A stretch of DNA of 58,779 nt from an uncultured Acidimicrobiaceae bacterium (GCA_964573595.1 CAZNLF010000001.1:1-58779); one strand, 5' to 3'. Shown: positions 26,176-35,530, counted from the stretch's first letter. Translations and numbers: made by a program. Notes: generated by a model not told the origin, from the sequence alone.

Positions 26176-28392
26176 TCACCCCGCCGGCTCGGGGTCGCGG
26201 GGCAGTCCGAGGACCCGCTCGGCGATCACGTTCCGCTGGACCTCACTGGTCCCACCGGCGATGGTCAGGCAGCGGGTGGCCAACAGCCCCTGGACCCACC
26301 GCCCGGCCCTGCCCTCCAGGGTGGCGCCCTCCGGTCCGAGCATGGCGAGCCCCAGCTCCTGGACCCGCTGCTCGTGCTCGGCGCCGAGCAGCTTGCGCAG
26401 GCTGGCGCCCGACCCGGGATCCGAGCCGGCGAGGGACAGCAGGGTCGAGCGGTGGGTCATGAGCCGGAGCGACTGAGCCTCGGCCAGGAGGGCGCCGAGC
26501 CGGGCCTCCTCACTGGGGGTGACGGCGTCGCCCAGCTTGCCGGCCAGTCGCAGGAGTGACTCCACGCCGATCCCGAAGGTGGAGCCCGACGACATCGAGA
26601 CCCGCTCGTTGGCCAACGTCATGCGGGCCATCCGCCAGCCGTCGTCGACCTCCCCGATCACACAGTCGTCGGGTACGAAGACCGAGTCGAAAAAGACCTC
26701 GTTGAACAGGGCGGCACCCGTCAGCTCGCGGAGCGGACGCACGTCCAGTCCCGCGGAGCCCATGTCCACGATGAAGTACGTGATGCCCTGGTGCCTGGGG
26801 GCGGTCGGATTGGTCCGGGCCAGGCAGATGCCCCACTGGGCCTGCTTGGCCATGGACGTCCACACCTTCTGTCCGGTGAGCCGCCAACCGCCGTCCACCC
26901 GTTCAGCCCGGGTGGTCAGGCTGGCCAGGTCCGAGCCGGCACCGGGTTCCGAGAACAGCTGGCACCACATGATCTCGCCGAGGAGGGTGGGGGGCACCCA
27001 CCGTTGACGTTGCTCCTCGGTGCCACAGGCGATGATCACCGGCAGCGCCCAGGCGCCGATGCCGATGTGGGGTCGATCGATGCCCGCCGCGGCCAGCTGC
27101 TCGTCGATGACCACCTGTTCCACCGCACCGGCGTCGCGTCCCCACGGACTCGGCCAGTGCGGCGCGACCAGACCCTCGTCCACCAGTCGGCGCCGCCGTT
27201 CCTGCCCCTCGACCCCGGCCAGGCGGGCGACGACCGGCGCGAACTCCTCACGGATGCTCTCGGCCTCGTCGGGGAGGTCGGCGGCCAGCATCCGGCGGGC
27301 GCCGCCCCCGGCCACCGCCGCCACCCGGTGGTGGAACGACTCCGGACCGGCGAGGAGCTGCCGGTCGGCGAGGGCCCGCTTGAGGTGCAGATGGAGATCG
27401 TGCTCCCAGGTGAAGCCGATCCCACCCAGCAGCTGCAGGCACTCCTCGGCGCAGCGCACGTAGCCGTCGAAGGCGAACGCCCCCGCCGTGGCCACGGCCA
27501 GCTCGACCCCTTCGGTGTCACCCGACCCGACGGCGACGGCCGCGTCCCACGCCACCGCGGTCATCTGCTCCACCCGGACCGCCATGTCGGCGAGACGGTG
27601 CTTCACCGCTTGGAACTGCCCGATCGGTCGCCCGAACTGCACGCGCACCTTGGCGTACTCGGTGGCGGTCTCGAGGCACCAGCGGGCCCCGCCGACGTGC
27701 TCGGCGGCCATGAGCGTGACGGCGACGTCGCGAACCCGTTCGAGGGTGACCGGTCCCAGCTGCCGATCGGCCGGGACGGTCACCTGGTCCACGTGCAGCC
27801 GGCCGACGCGGCGGGTCTGGTCGACGCTCGGCAACGCCTCGACGGTCACCCCCCGGTCACCGGACAGGTCGATGAGGCACCAGGTCACCCCGTTGTCGCC
27901 GCGTCGCACCGGGGCCAGCACCGAGGACGCGGTGACCAGGCCCAGCACGGGCCCGAGCGTCCCGCTGGCGACGAGCGCCCCCCCGGGGCCCTCCCCGACG
28001 ACGTCGAGGCAGTCGTCACCGAGGGAGACCGCCGACGGGGCGCTGCCGTCGATCAGCCCCGCCAGCCGGTGAACCAGCTCCGGACCGGACGTTGCCTCGG
28101 CCACCACCGCCGACGTGACGACCGTCGGGAGCAGCGGGCCGGGCACGAGTGCCCGGCCGGTCTCCTCGAGCAGCACGGCCAGCTCGAACAGCCCGAAGCC
28201 CTGGCCACCGGCGGCCTCGGGCAGATGGATCCCCATCCATCCCTGGGCAGCCATCTCCTTCCACACCGGCTGCAGCTCCTCGGTGTCCGCGTCAAGCAGA
28301 CCCCGCGGGACGTCCGGCGGGCAGTGGGAGTCGAGCCACCGTCGGGCCGACCGGCGTTGTTCGTCGTGTTCATCGGACAGGGCGATCGACAT
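26176..28392 (-). CDS. double-domain (fused) acyl-CoA dehydrogenase
   Basis: 739 aa from MSIALSDEHDE. There are two complete ACAD units. The N half has EYAKVRVQFGRPIGQFQAVKHRLADM and LGGIGFTWEHDLHLHLKRA. The C half has WCQLFSEPGAGSDLASL, GQKVWTS and AGGTSEVQRNVIA. Confidence 0.8.
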   Translation of the reverse strand: MSIALSDEHDEQRRSARRWLDSHCPPDVPRGLLDADTEELQPVWKEMAAQGWMGIHLPEAAGGQGFGLFELAVLLEETGRALVPGPLLPTVVTSAVVAEATSGPELVHRLAGLIDGSAPSAVSLGDDCLDVVGEGPGGALVASGTLGPVLGLVTASSVLAPVRRGDNGVTWCLIDLSGDRGVTVEALPSVDQTRRVGRLHVDQVTVPADRQLGPVTLERVRDVAVTLMAAEHVGGARWCLETATEYAKVRVQFGRPIGQFQAVKHRLADMAVRVEQMTAVAWDAAVAVGSGDTEGVELAVATAGAFAFDGYVRCAEECLQLLGGIGFTWEHDLHLHLKRALADRQLLAGPESFHHRVAAVAGGGARRMLAADLPDEAESIREEFAPVVARLAGVEGQERRRRLVDEGLVAPHWPSPWGRDAGAVEQVVIDEQLAAAGIDRPHIGIGAWALPVIIACGTEEQRQRWVPPTLLGEIMWCQLFSEPGAGSDLASLTTRAERVDGGWRLTGQKVWTSMAKQAQWGICLARTNPTAPRHQGITYFIVDMGSAGLDVRPLRELTGAALFNEVFFDSVFVPDDCVIGEVDDGWRMARMTLANERVSMSSGSTFGIGVESLLRLAGKLGDAVTPSEEARLGALLAEAQSLRLMTHRSTLLSLAGSDPGSGASLRKLLGAEHEQRVQELGLAMLGPEGATLEGRAGRWVQGLLATRCLTIAGGTSEVQRNVIAERVLGLPRDPEPAG

Positions 28393-28618
28393 CGGCCCCC
28401 CCTTCTGGAGTGTCTTGGGCCGGGCTGTGGATCTCGGTGACGGTGATCGCCCTCGTCGGACAGCCCTCGGCCGCGACCCGGACGGTCTCGGCCGGGTCTC
28501 CCGACGGGTCGATGACGGTGGACGTACCCTCATCGTCGAGATCGAAGGTGGCCGCGGCCCAAAAGAGGCAGTTCCCCGACCCGACGCATCGCTCGCGGTC
28601 GATCTCGATCCGAATCAC
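28370..28618 (-). CDS. small ferredoxin (3Fe-4S/4Fe-4S single-cluster type)
   Basis: 82 aa from the GTG at 28618: VIRIEIDRERCVGSGNC...EGCPTRAI (CxxSxxC...CP). Its 3' end overlaps the ACAD start by 23 nt. Confidence 0.65.
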   Translation of the reverse strand: MIRIEIDRERCVGSGNCLFWAAATFDLDDEGTSTVIDPSGDPAETVRVAAEGCPTRAITVTEIHSPAQDTPEGGADVDRPVR

Positions 28619-28814
28619 CGCTCGACCCCGGCGGGTTCGTCGTGCGCCCGGCACCAGGTGGACTCGGTCATCGCCAGGGAGGCTACTGCTGACGGTGCCC
28701 CCGTCGCCCGTTCCCCCGGCTATGGTTCGCCGGTCGGAGGGACCTTCATGATCCAGCACACCGCCGCACACGACCTCGACCCGGAGGCCGAACGCACCAG
28801 GTCGGGCGATCGTC

Positions 28815-30722
28815 GTGGCTGAGACCACCGAACCTGGCGCCCACCCGCTCGACCCCTTGCGTGCCGAGGAGATACGGGTGGCCGTCGCAGCCGTGCGGTC
28901 CACCGGGAGGGTGAGCGAGACCGCCCTCTTCTCGACGGTGGCACTCGACGAGCCGGCGAAGGCCGCGGTGATCGGCCACCGCCCGGGCGACCCGGTCAAA
29001 CGCCGAGTGCGGGTCGTCGTGCTTCCCGGGCCCGAGGCAATGGTGGCGGAGGTCGTGGTCTGCATGCCCGAAGGCAAGGTCCTCGAGTGGACCGAACGAG
29101 ACGGCGTGCGGCCTCCGCTGCTCTTCGACGACTCCTACCGGGCCATCCTCGCCCTGAAGGAGGACCCGGACTGGCAGGCGGCGATGCGACGCCGGGGCAT
29201 CACCGAGTTCGACCGGGTCCAGATCGACCCGTGGCCCACCGGCAATTTCGGCAACCCGGCCGAAGAGGGTCGCCGGATCGCCCGGTGCCTCTCCTACTAC
29301 CGCGAGACACCCGACGACAACGGCTACGCCCGGCCGGTCGAGGGCGTGCTGGCCACCGTCGACGCGGCGCGCGGGATCGTCCTCGAGGTAGCCGACTTCG
29401 GCGTGGTCCCCCTGCCCCCGGGGAGGGGCAGCTACCGACCGGAGGACAACCAACCGGTGCGCACGGGTCTGCTCCCGCTCGACATCGTCCAGCCCGAGGG
29501 GGTCAGCTTCTCCCTCGACGGCAACCACCTCGCCTGGCAGGGATGGTCGATGCGGGTGTCCATGGATCCCGTCGAGGGGCTGGTGCTGCACACCGTGGGC
29601 TACGGCGAACCGGGCGCGGTGCGGCCCATCTTGCACCGTGCCTCCATCAGCGAGATGGTGGTCCCCTACGGGGACCCGGGTCCGATGCACGGATGGAAGA
29701 ACGCCTTCGACGCGGGCGAGTGGGGGCTCGGGCGCATGACCAACTCACTGGCCCTCGGGTGCGACTGCCTCGGTGCCATCACCTACCTCGACGCCGTCTT
29801 CACCAGCGAGCACGGCACCCCCTACGTGGTCGAGCAGGCCGTGTGCATCCACGAGGAGGACTACGGGATCCTCTGGAAGCACACGGACATGGCCACCGGC
29901 CATGCGGAGGTCCGGCGGTCGAGGCGCCTCGTGGTGTCGGCCATCGCCACGGTCGGGAATTACGAGTACGGCTTCTTCTGGTACTTCTACCTCGACGGGA
30001 CCATCCAACTCGAGGTCAAGCTCACCGGCATCATGTCCACCCAGGCGCTGGCGCCGGGCGAGGAACCGGCCTTCGCCAACGTGGTGGCGGACGGGCTGGC
30101 GGCACCCTTCCACCAGCACCTGTTCTGCGCCCGGCTCGACCTCCAGGTCGACGGGCCGGTCAACCAGGCCTACGAGGTCTCCTTCGAAACCCTGCCGCCG
30201 GGTGACGACAACCCGATGGGGAATGCCTTCCGCCCGAGGGCCACTCTGCTCGAGTCCGAGTCGGCGGCCATCGGGGACGTCGACCCGGCCGGCAGCCGTC
30301 ACTGGCGCTTCGAGAACCCGCGGTCGCTCAACGGTCTGGGCCGTCCCGTGGCCTACCGGCTCGTGCCCGGTTCGACACCCACCCTCTTGGCCCGGCCCGA
30401 GTCGAGCATCGCCACACGGGCGGGCTTCGCCCGGCACAACCTGTGGGTCACGCCGTATTCGGCGAGCGAGCGCCGGGCGGCGGGCGACTACCCCAACCAG
30501 CACGCGGGCGGGGACGGGCTGCCCAGCTGGACGGCCGCCGACCGCTCACTCGTCGGCACCGACATCGTGGCGTGGCACACCTTCGGGGTGAGCCACTCGC
30601 CCCGGCCCGAGGACTGGCCGGTGATGCCGGTCGAGTACTGCGGCTTCCACCTGGCGCCCGTCGGGTTCTTCGACCGGAACCCGGCGCTCGACCTCCCACC
30701 GCCGACCGGGCACTGCGACTGA
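28815..30722 (+). CDS. copper-containing primary-amine oxidase (topaquinone enzyme)
   Basis: TPQ consensus TVGNYEYGFFWYFY and Cu ligands HQH and WHTFGVSH. 635 aa. Confidence 0.9.
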   Translation: MAETTEPGAHPLDPLRAEEIRVAVAAVRSTGRVSETALFSTVALDEPAKAAVIGHRPGDPVKRRVRVVVLPGPEAMVAEVVVCMPEGKVLEWTERDGVRPPLLFDDSYRAILALKEDPDWQAAMRRRGITEFDRVQIDPWPTGNFGNPAEEGRRIARCLSYYRETPDDNGYARPVEGVLATVDAARGIVLEVADFGVVPLPPGRGSYRPEDNQPVRTGLLPLDIVQPEGVSFSLDGNHLAWQGWSMRVSMDPVEGLVLHTVGYGEPGAVRPILHRASISEMVVPYGDPGPMHGWKNAFDAGEWGLGRMTNSLALGCDCLGAITYLDAVFTSEHGTPYVVEQAVCIHEEDYGILWKHTDMATGHAEVRRSRRLVVSAIATVGNYEYGFFWYFYLDGTIQLEVKLTGIMSTQALAPGEEPAFANVVADGLAAPFHQHLFCARLDLQVDGPVNQAYEVSFETLPPGDDNPMGNAFRPRATLLESESAAIGDVDPAGSRHWRFENPRSLNGLGRPVAYRLVPGSTPTLLARPESSIATRAGFARHNLWVTPYSASERRAAGDYPNQHAGGDGLPSWTAADRSLVGTDIVAWHTFGVSHSPRPEDWPVMPVEYCGFHLAPVGFFDRNPALDLPPPTGHCD

Positions 30723-30757
30723 GGCACCTCCCCGGGCCCGGCGACGCGACCGGTACC

Positions 30758-31582
30758 ATGGCCGCCATGCCCGAGCTCGAGACCCTCCTCTACGACGAGT
30801 CCGACGGGGTGGCGTGGGTGACGCTGAACCGCCCCGGTGCGCTCAACGCCTTCGACACCACCATGCAGCGGGAGCTGGGCGAGCTGTGGCTGATGCTCCG
30901 CAAGAACGACGACGTGCGCTGCGTGGTGCTCACCGGTTCGGGGGACAAGGCCTTCTGCACGGGACTCGACCGGGAGGGAATCGGCTCCTTCGACGACCTG
31001 GCACCGGGCCAGCTGCCCGGCTACAACACGCCCTGGGACTTCGACGACCCGGGCCGGAGCGTCTGCCCCAAGTCGAACCAGTGCTGGAAGCCGGTCATCG
31101 CCGCCGTCAACGGCATGGCCTGCGGGGGTGCCTTCTACATCCTCGGCGAGGCCGACTTCATCATCGCCGCCGACCACGCCACCTTCTTCGACCCCCATGT
31201 CACCTACGGGATGCCGGCCGCATTCGAGCCGATCTTCCTCCTCCACAAGATGCCCTTCCAGGAGGTCGTGCGGATGTCGCTCCTCGGCGCGAACGAGCGG
31301 ATGTCCGCCGCACGCGCCCTCGAGGTGGGCTTCGTCTCCGAGGTGGCCCCGGCGGACGAGCTGGCGGACCGGGCCCGGTGGGCGGCCCAGGCCATCGCCG
31401 ACCAGCCCGCGCTGGCCGTGCAGGGAACCGTCCGGGCCCTGTGGACGGGTCTCGAGCTCTCGCGCCGACAGGCGCTCGACCACGCCTACCTGTTCACCAA
31501 CGTGGGCACCGAGCCGGCCCTGCTCGAGCAGGGCCAGGAACGCTTCACGTCCGGCAAGCGGATCGAGTGGCGCCTGCGCTGA
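30758..31582 (+). CDS. enoyl-CoA hydratase/isomerase family protein
   Basis: VTLNRPGALNAF, LTGSGDKAFCTGLD and GMACGGAFY. ATG at 30758 (30767 is an alternative). Confidence 0.85.
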   Translation: MAAMPELETLLYDESDGVAWVTLNRPGALNAFDTTMQRELGELWLMLRKNDDVRCVVLTGSGDKAFCTGLDREGIGSFDDLAPGQLPGYNTPWDFDDPGRSVCPKSNQCWKPVIAAVNGMACGGAFYILGEADFIIAADHATFFDPHVTYGMPAAFEPIFLLHKMPFQEVVRMSLLGANERMSAARALEVGFVSEVAPADELADRARWAAQAIADQPALAVQGTVRALWTGLELSRRQALDHAYLFTNVGTEPALLEQGQERFTSGKRIEWRLR

Positions 31583-31605
31583 ACCGTCGACGGTGCCGCC
31601 TCCGT

Positions 31606-31625
31606 CCGGCGCAGTTCGGCGCCGG
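31606..31625. terminator. hairpin between convergent genes
   Basis: CCGGCGC-AGTTCG-GCGCCGG, a 7-bp stem between stops at 31582 and 31634. Confidence 0.3.
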
Positions 31626-31633
31626 CACGACGA

Positions 31634-32695
31634 TCAGGCCGGGGGTGGTGGCCCGTCTCCCCTGACGGCCGGCAGCCCGTGGTAGGGCATGCCCTTTTCC
31701 TTCCACCCCTCGTACCGCTCGAGGAAGGCGTCGCCGAACGGGTCCTCCCCCACCAGCGGCATGCCCGCCCTCCAGATGGTCAGATCGTCGGGGGCCAGCT
31801 CGGACGCCCGGCGGACATGCCTCCGGGTGACCTCGTCGTCACCACGGCGGTAGGCCTCCGAGGCGATCCGGAAATGGAGCCGGGCGAGCACCTCGTCCTC
31901 GGACAGGTCGCCGACCGCGGCACGGGCCTCGTCCTCGGTCACCGGCAGCGACCCGTCCGTCGCCCACCGCCGGATCTCGTCCAGATGGGGGGCCGACTCG
32001 ACCCCGGTGAAGTCGGCGAAGGTGTCGCTGCCAAATGCGAGTCCGTTCGGCCGGGCGATGTTGTCCTCCTCGTCGATCCACACGACCGTGGGGACGTTCG
32101 AGATGGCGTAGGACTCGGTCAGGACGTGGTTGGGGTCGTAGAGGACGGGCATGGTGATGCCCTCGGTCCACGGCCTCACGTCATCGGCGGACTGGTCGAT
32201 GGCCACGGCGACAACGGTGAAACCCTCGGGGCTCAGCTCGTCGTGGAGTGCCTGCCAGCCCGGCAGGTCATAGCGGCAACCGCACCAGCTCGAGAAGGTG
32301 ACCAACGCCTTCTTCTTGCCGGCCCACTCGCTGAGGGCGTGCAGTTTGCCGTCCACATCGGGGAGCTCGAATGCCGGGGCCCGCAGGTCCTCGAGCGCCT
32401 GCCGTCGTAGCTCGGCCGGGAGGGCGACCGCCACGAGCCGAGCGTCGAGGTCGACCACCGTGGGCCGGCCCAGGGCACGGGCGACGGCCACGAGGTCGAG
32501 CTGTTCACCGACGCTCAGCGAGTCCACGTCACCCACCGGCACGCAGGCACTCGCCTGGCAGAGCCCCGTGGGCTTCAGCTCCCAGCCCAGCGCATCGGGG
32601 AGCCTGTCGGCATCGATCAGGACGGTGCCCCGGGCCACGTCGCTCGTCCCCTCGACCGTCCGGGTCTCGGTGTCGATGATGGTGAACTGCGTCAT
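31634..32695 (-). CDS. thioredoxin-fold (redoxin/TlpA-ResA-like) protein with extra N- and C-terminal domains
   Basis: KKALVTFSSWCGCRYD sits at the CxxC position of the Trx fold, and NVPTVVWID provides the cis-Pro loop. No signal peptide is visible. The ATG at 32695 lies 7 nt after GGAG. Confidence 0.6.
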   Translation of the reverse strand: MTQFTIIDTETRTVEGTSDVARGTVLIDADRLPDALGWELKPTGLCQASACVPVGDVDSLSVGEQLDLVAVARALGRPTVVDLDARLVAVALPAELRRQALEDLRAPAFELPDVDGKLHALSEWAGKKKALVTFSSWCGCRYDLPGWQALHDELSPEGFTVVAVAIDQSADDVRPWTEGITMPVLYDPNHVLTESYAISNVPTVVWIDEEDNIARPNGLAFGSDTFADFTGVESAPHLDEIRRWATDGSLPVTEDEARAAVGDLSEDEVLARLHFRIASEAYRRGDDEVTRRHVRRASELAPDDLTIWRAGMPLVGEDPFGDAFLERYEGWKEKGMPYHGLPAVRGDGPPPPA

Positions 32696-32725
32696 CCCCA
32701 TGCTCCTTTGTCGGCCCTCACCGTT

Positions 32726-32748
32726 GTCGGGCATCCCGACCTTGTCAA
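32726..32748 (-). promoter_or_regulatory. promoter-like TTGACA with an embedded inverted repeat
   Basis: The minus strand reads TTGACA-N17-AACGGT. The spacer contains GTCGGG-ATG-CCCGAC. Lies upstream of the redoxin-like gene. Confidence 0.3.
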
Positions 32749-32749
32749 T

Positions 32750-32779
32750 ACGGTGACCACCGATGGACGGTGACCACCG
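32750..32779. repeat. 13-bp direct repeat ACGGTGACCACCG x2 (17-bp period)
   Basis: Exact copies at 32750-32762 and 32767-32779, immediately upstream of the TTGACA element and downstream of the MurD2 stop. Confidence 0.8.
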
Positions 32780-32792
32780 TCGGCGACCGATG

Positions 32793-34175
32793 TCATCCAC
32801 CGGCCGTCGGTGCCGGGCCGCTGACGGCGGCCGCCTCGGCGAACTGCCGGCTGCGGGCGGAATAGCCCCCTTCGCCCTCCGGAGTGGGAGCGGCGGGAGA
32901 AAACAGGACCACGCCGCCCCGGGGCGTGGAGTCCGATGCCCGCCGGACGGCGTCGCCCACACCGGTCGCCACCTCGACGCACAGCCCCGGCCCGCCGCCT
33001 GCCACCTCCGCGGCGAACGACGCCAGCGGCCCGGCCAGCCGGTCCGGGTCGGGGGGGAGCACGATCACCCTCGGTGGCGGCCGGCGAGCGGCGAGCGCCT
33101 GGAGGAGGCCGGTCGGGTCGACGCCCCGGTCGGCACCGCCGACGATGACGGTCAGGGCCCGGCCGTCGAACGCCTCGACCGACGCCATGGTGGCCGACGG
33201 GTTGGAGGCCAGGGCATCGTCGACGAAGACCACGCCGTCCCGCTCCCCGATGGTCCGGCACCGCGACGGGAGACTGTCGAAGCCGTCGATGGCGGTCGCC
33301 ACCGCCCCCGGCGAGGGTGCCCTGCCGTTGAGCAGCAGGCTCCCGGCCACCGCTCCGCACAGATTCCAGGCGTTGTGGCGTCCGGGGGCACGCAGGAGCG
33401 TGGCGTCGGCCAGGGACGCCCCGTCCACCTCGATCATCCCCGACGGCGTGACCACCACCCTTCCCCGGGGGCCGAACAGCAGCCGGTCGGGACGGTGCTC
33501 GGTCCGCCGCACCGCTTCGGGACTGCCGGCGTTGACGGCCAGCGCCCCCGGCGGGCCGGCTTCGACCAGCCGCAGCTTGTCGCGGTAGTACGCCTCCTCC
33601 CCGCCGTGCCAGTCCAGGTGGTCGGGAGCGAGACCGGTCAGCACGGAGACCCCCGGGGAGACCGTGACGTCCGCCGCCTGGTAGGAGGAGACCTCGACCA
33701 CATAGGCGTCGGCCAACGGACGGCCGTAGGTCTCGGTCACCGGGGTCCCGATGTTGCCGATCAGCGCCACGTCGAGCCCGTCGGCACGGAGTATGGAGGC
33801 CGTCAATGTCGCCGTGGTGCTCTTCCCCTTGGTGCCGGTGACGGCCACCACCCTGGCGTCGGCGAAGTCCTCCAGCCACATGGCCATCGAGGTGGTGACC
33901 CTCACCCCGGCCGCCTCCGCCTCGGCCAGCTCGGGACGGTACCGGCCGACCCCCGGGGAGCGGACGACGACGTCGACGTCATCCCACCGCACGTCCCGGG
34001 GGGCGTCGACCGGTGATCGGGTGACGACGGACGCCCTCGTCGTGGCCTCCTCGGGCCGGTCGTCGACGAGGCGCGGCACCACCCCCCTCTCGGACAGCAG
34101 CCGGACCACGGCCACGCCCTCTTGTCCGAGCCCCCACACGACCACCCGGAGCCCGGTCAGCTCGTCGAGCCTCAC
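32793..34175 (-). CDS. murD2: MurD-type Mur ligase, putative UDP-MurNAc-L-Ala--L-Glu ligase (MurD2)
   Basis: VVVWGLGQEG (MurD N-domain) and VTGTKGKSTT (P-loop). The GTG start overlaps the upstream stop (GTGA). It is not in a dcw-type context and is paired with a MurL-like gene. Confidence 0.6.
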   Translation of the reverse strand: MRLDELTGLRVVVWGLGQEGVAVVRLLSERGVVPRLVDDRPEEATTRASVVTRSPVDAPRDVRWDDVDVVVRSPGVGRYRPELAEAEAAGVRVTTSMAMWLEDFADARVVAVTGTKGKSTTATLTASILRADGLDVALIGNIGTPVTETYGRPLADAYVVEVSSYQAADVTVSPGVSVLTGLAPDHLDWHGGEEAYYRDKLRLVEAGPPGALAVNAGSPEAVRRTEHRPDRLLFGPRGRVVVTPSGMIEVDGASLADATLLRAPGRHNAWNLCGAVAGSLLLNGRAPSPGAVATAIDGFDSLPSRCRTIGERDGVVFVDDALASNPSATMASVEAFDGRALTVIVGGADRGVDPTGLLQALAARRPPPRVIVLPPDPDRLAGPLASFAAEVAGGGPGLCVEVATGVGDAVRRASDSTPRGGVVLFSPAAPTPEGEGGYSARSRQFAEAAAVSGPAPTAGG

Positions 34176-35530
34176 GGGCCCTCCGCCAGTTGACGTTCGA
34201 CGGCTCGGGCCAGCTCGCCGCCGGCGAAGTCGGGTGTTCCCACCGGCGTGAGCAGTGCCTCGACGTCGGCATCGGTGACGAGCCCCCTGGCCCGCTCGGC
34301 CAGAGCGGACACCACGACCTTCTCCCTCCAGGCGGGCAGCGACGAGAGGAGCCTCATGGCCGCGGCCGACTCGCGGCGCTCGCCCACGCACTCGAACGGC
34401 TTGTCCTCCTCGCTCATCAGCGCGGCGAAGCCCTCCACCTGCCCGGCATCGGCGAACAGGTCCCGGCCGATGATGTCGGTCAACGCGTCGGGCTCGAGGA
34501 ACGGGGCCAGCACCAGGGCGACGAAGCGGCACTTCGGGCAGTTCCCGCACCATCCGTCCCCCCGGCCGGCCGTCTGGCGGAAGACGGTGTTGCAGCTACA
34601 GAACGTGGCGTGGTAGCGGGTGAGCTTGGCGAAGGCCCGGGCGATGGCCAGCTCCGAGTAGGGGCGGAGGGCGGACCCGTAGCGGAGCCGCCGGTCCACG
34701 GTGGTGGTGATCAGGTCGGACAGGAGGCGCTCGAAGGAGGCGCTCTTCGAGTACTGGTGGTTGACCGGCGTTTCGCCGACCATCACCGTCTCTTCGCTCG
34801 CTGAGCGCTCGACCGCCATGGCGATGGTGTCGTAGCCGTAGAGGAAGCTCCCCACCACGGCGATCAGCGAGACGATCGCCGTGATCGGCACATGGCCGTT
34901 CAGCGCTCCCGACCCGTTCAGCTCGGACAGGTTCGGCGAGAGGCGCCGACGGACCACCAGCAGATCGAGACCCGTCTGTCGGGCCAGCTCGAGGACGAGG
35001 GGGTGGGGATTCACCGCGAAGAGGAGCGGGTCCTGGTCCTTGACCGCTTCGATCAACACCATGGAGTCCTTGCCTCCACCGATGGGGACGAGGGTCCTCG
35101 CCGGCCGGTCGGTGGTCGGGGGCTCGGTCGGGGTGGCGATCTCCTGCGAACTGATCGACACGGGAAGCGGTATCTCGAGCCGGTTCGACCAGGCGAACTC
35201 CCGGAGTCCGTCGTCGTAGAGATGGTGGTGGAAGTCCGACTCCGAGGGGGTGAGGCCCGCTCCCTCGACCACGACGTCGCGGGGCGCGGCCACCTTGAAG
35301 TAGCTGGTTCCCGCGGCGATGTGCAGGTGGAGCAGGGCCCGGTCGAATCCCGGGGATCCGGCCGCGGCGCCGACGGGGGGTTCGGACTCGAACCGGACGG
35401 TCTCGACGAACTCGGGTCCACCGTCGAAGGAGTAGTGGAGCGACAGCGTCCTCGAGCCGGCGTCGAAGGACCGCCGGGTGATCCGGAACGCGCCGACGGA
35501 GCCCGGATCGAACCGGCATGGGTCGTTCAT
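34172..35530 (-). CDS. murL: putative UDP-MurNAc-L-Ala-L-Glu epimerase (MurL-like; PP-loop-type ATP-binding protein)
   Basis: LVPIGGGKDSM (PP-loop-like) and a C-terminal Cys cluster FCSCNTVF...WCGNCPKCRF. Translationally coupled to the MurD-type ligase. The start is at MNDPC (35530) or 35560. Confidence 0.5.
   Translation of the reverse strand: MNDPCRFDPGSVGAFRITRRSFDAGSRTLSLHYSFDGGPEFVETVRFESEPPVGAAAGSPGFDRALLHLHIAAGTSYFKVAAPRDVVVEGAGLTPSESDFHHHLYDDGLREFAWSNRLEIPLPVSISSQEIATPTEPPTTDRPARTLVPIGGGKDSMVLIEAVKDQDPLLFAVNPHPLVLELARQTGLDLLVVRRRLSPNLSELNGSGALNGHVPITAIVSLIAVVGSFLYGYDTIAMAVERSASEETVMVGETPVNHQYSKSASFERLLSDLITTTVDRRLRYGSALRPYSELAIARAFAKLTRYHATFCSCNTVFRQTAGRGDGWCGNCPKCRFVALVLAPFLEPDALTDIIGRDLFADAGQVEGFAALMSEEDKPFECVGERRESAAAMRLLSSLPAWREKVVVSALAERARGLVTDADVEALLTPVGTPDFAGGELARAVERQLAEGP

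Noticed and set aside
31634-32962. A selenoprotein, or an N-terminally extended version of the redoxin-like gene.
   Set aside because: The active-site codons are ordinary TGC (Cys) with no in-frame TGA. The upstream extension is Pro/Arg-rich, and the ATG at 32695 has a well-spaced GGAG.
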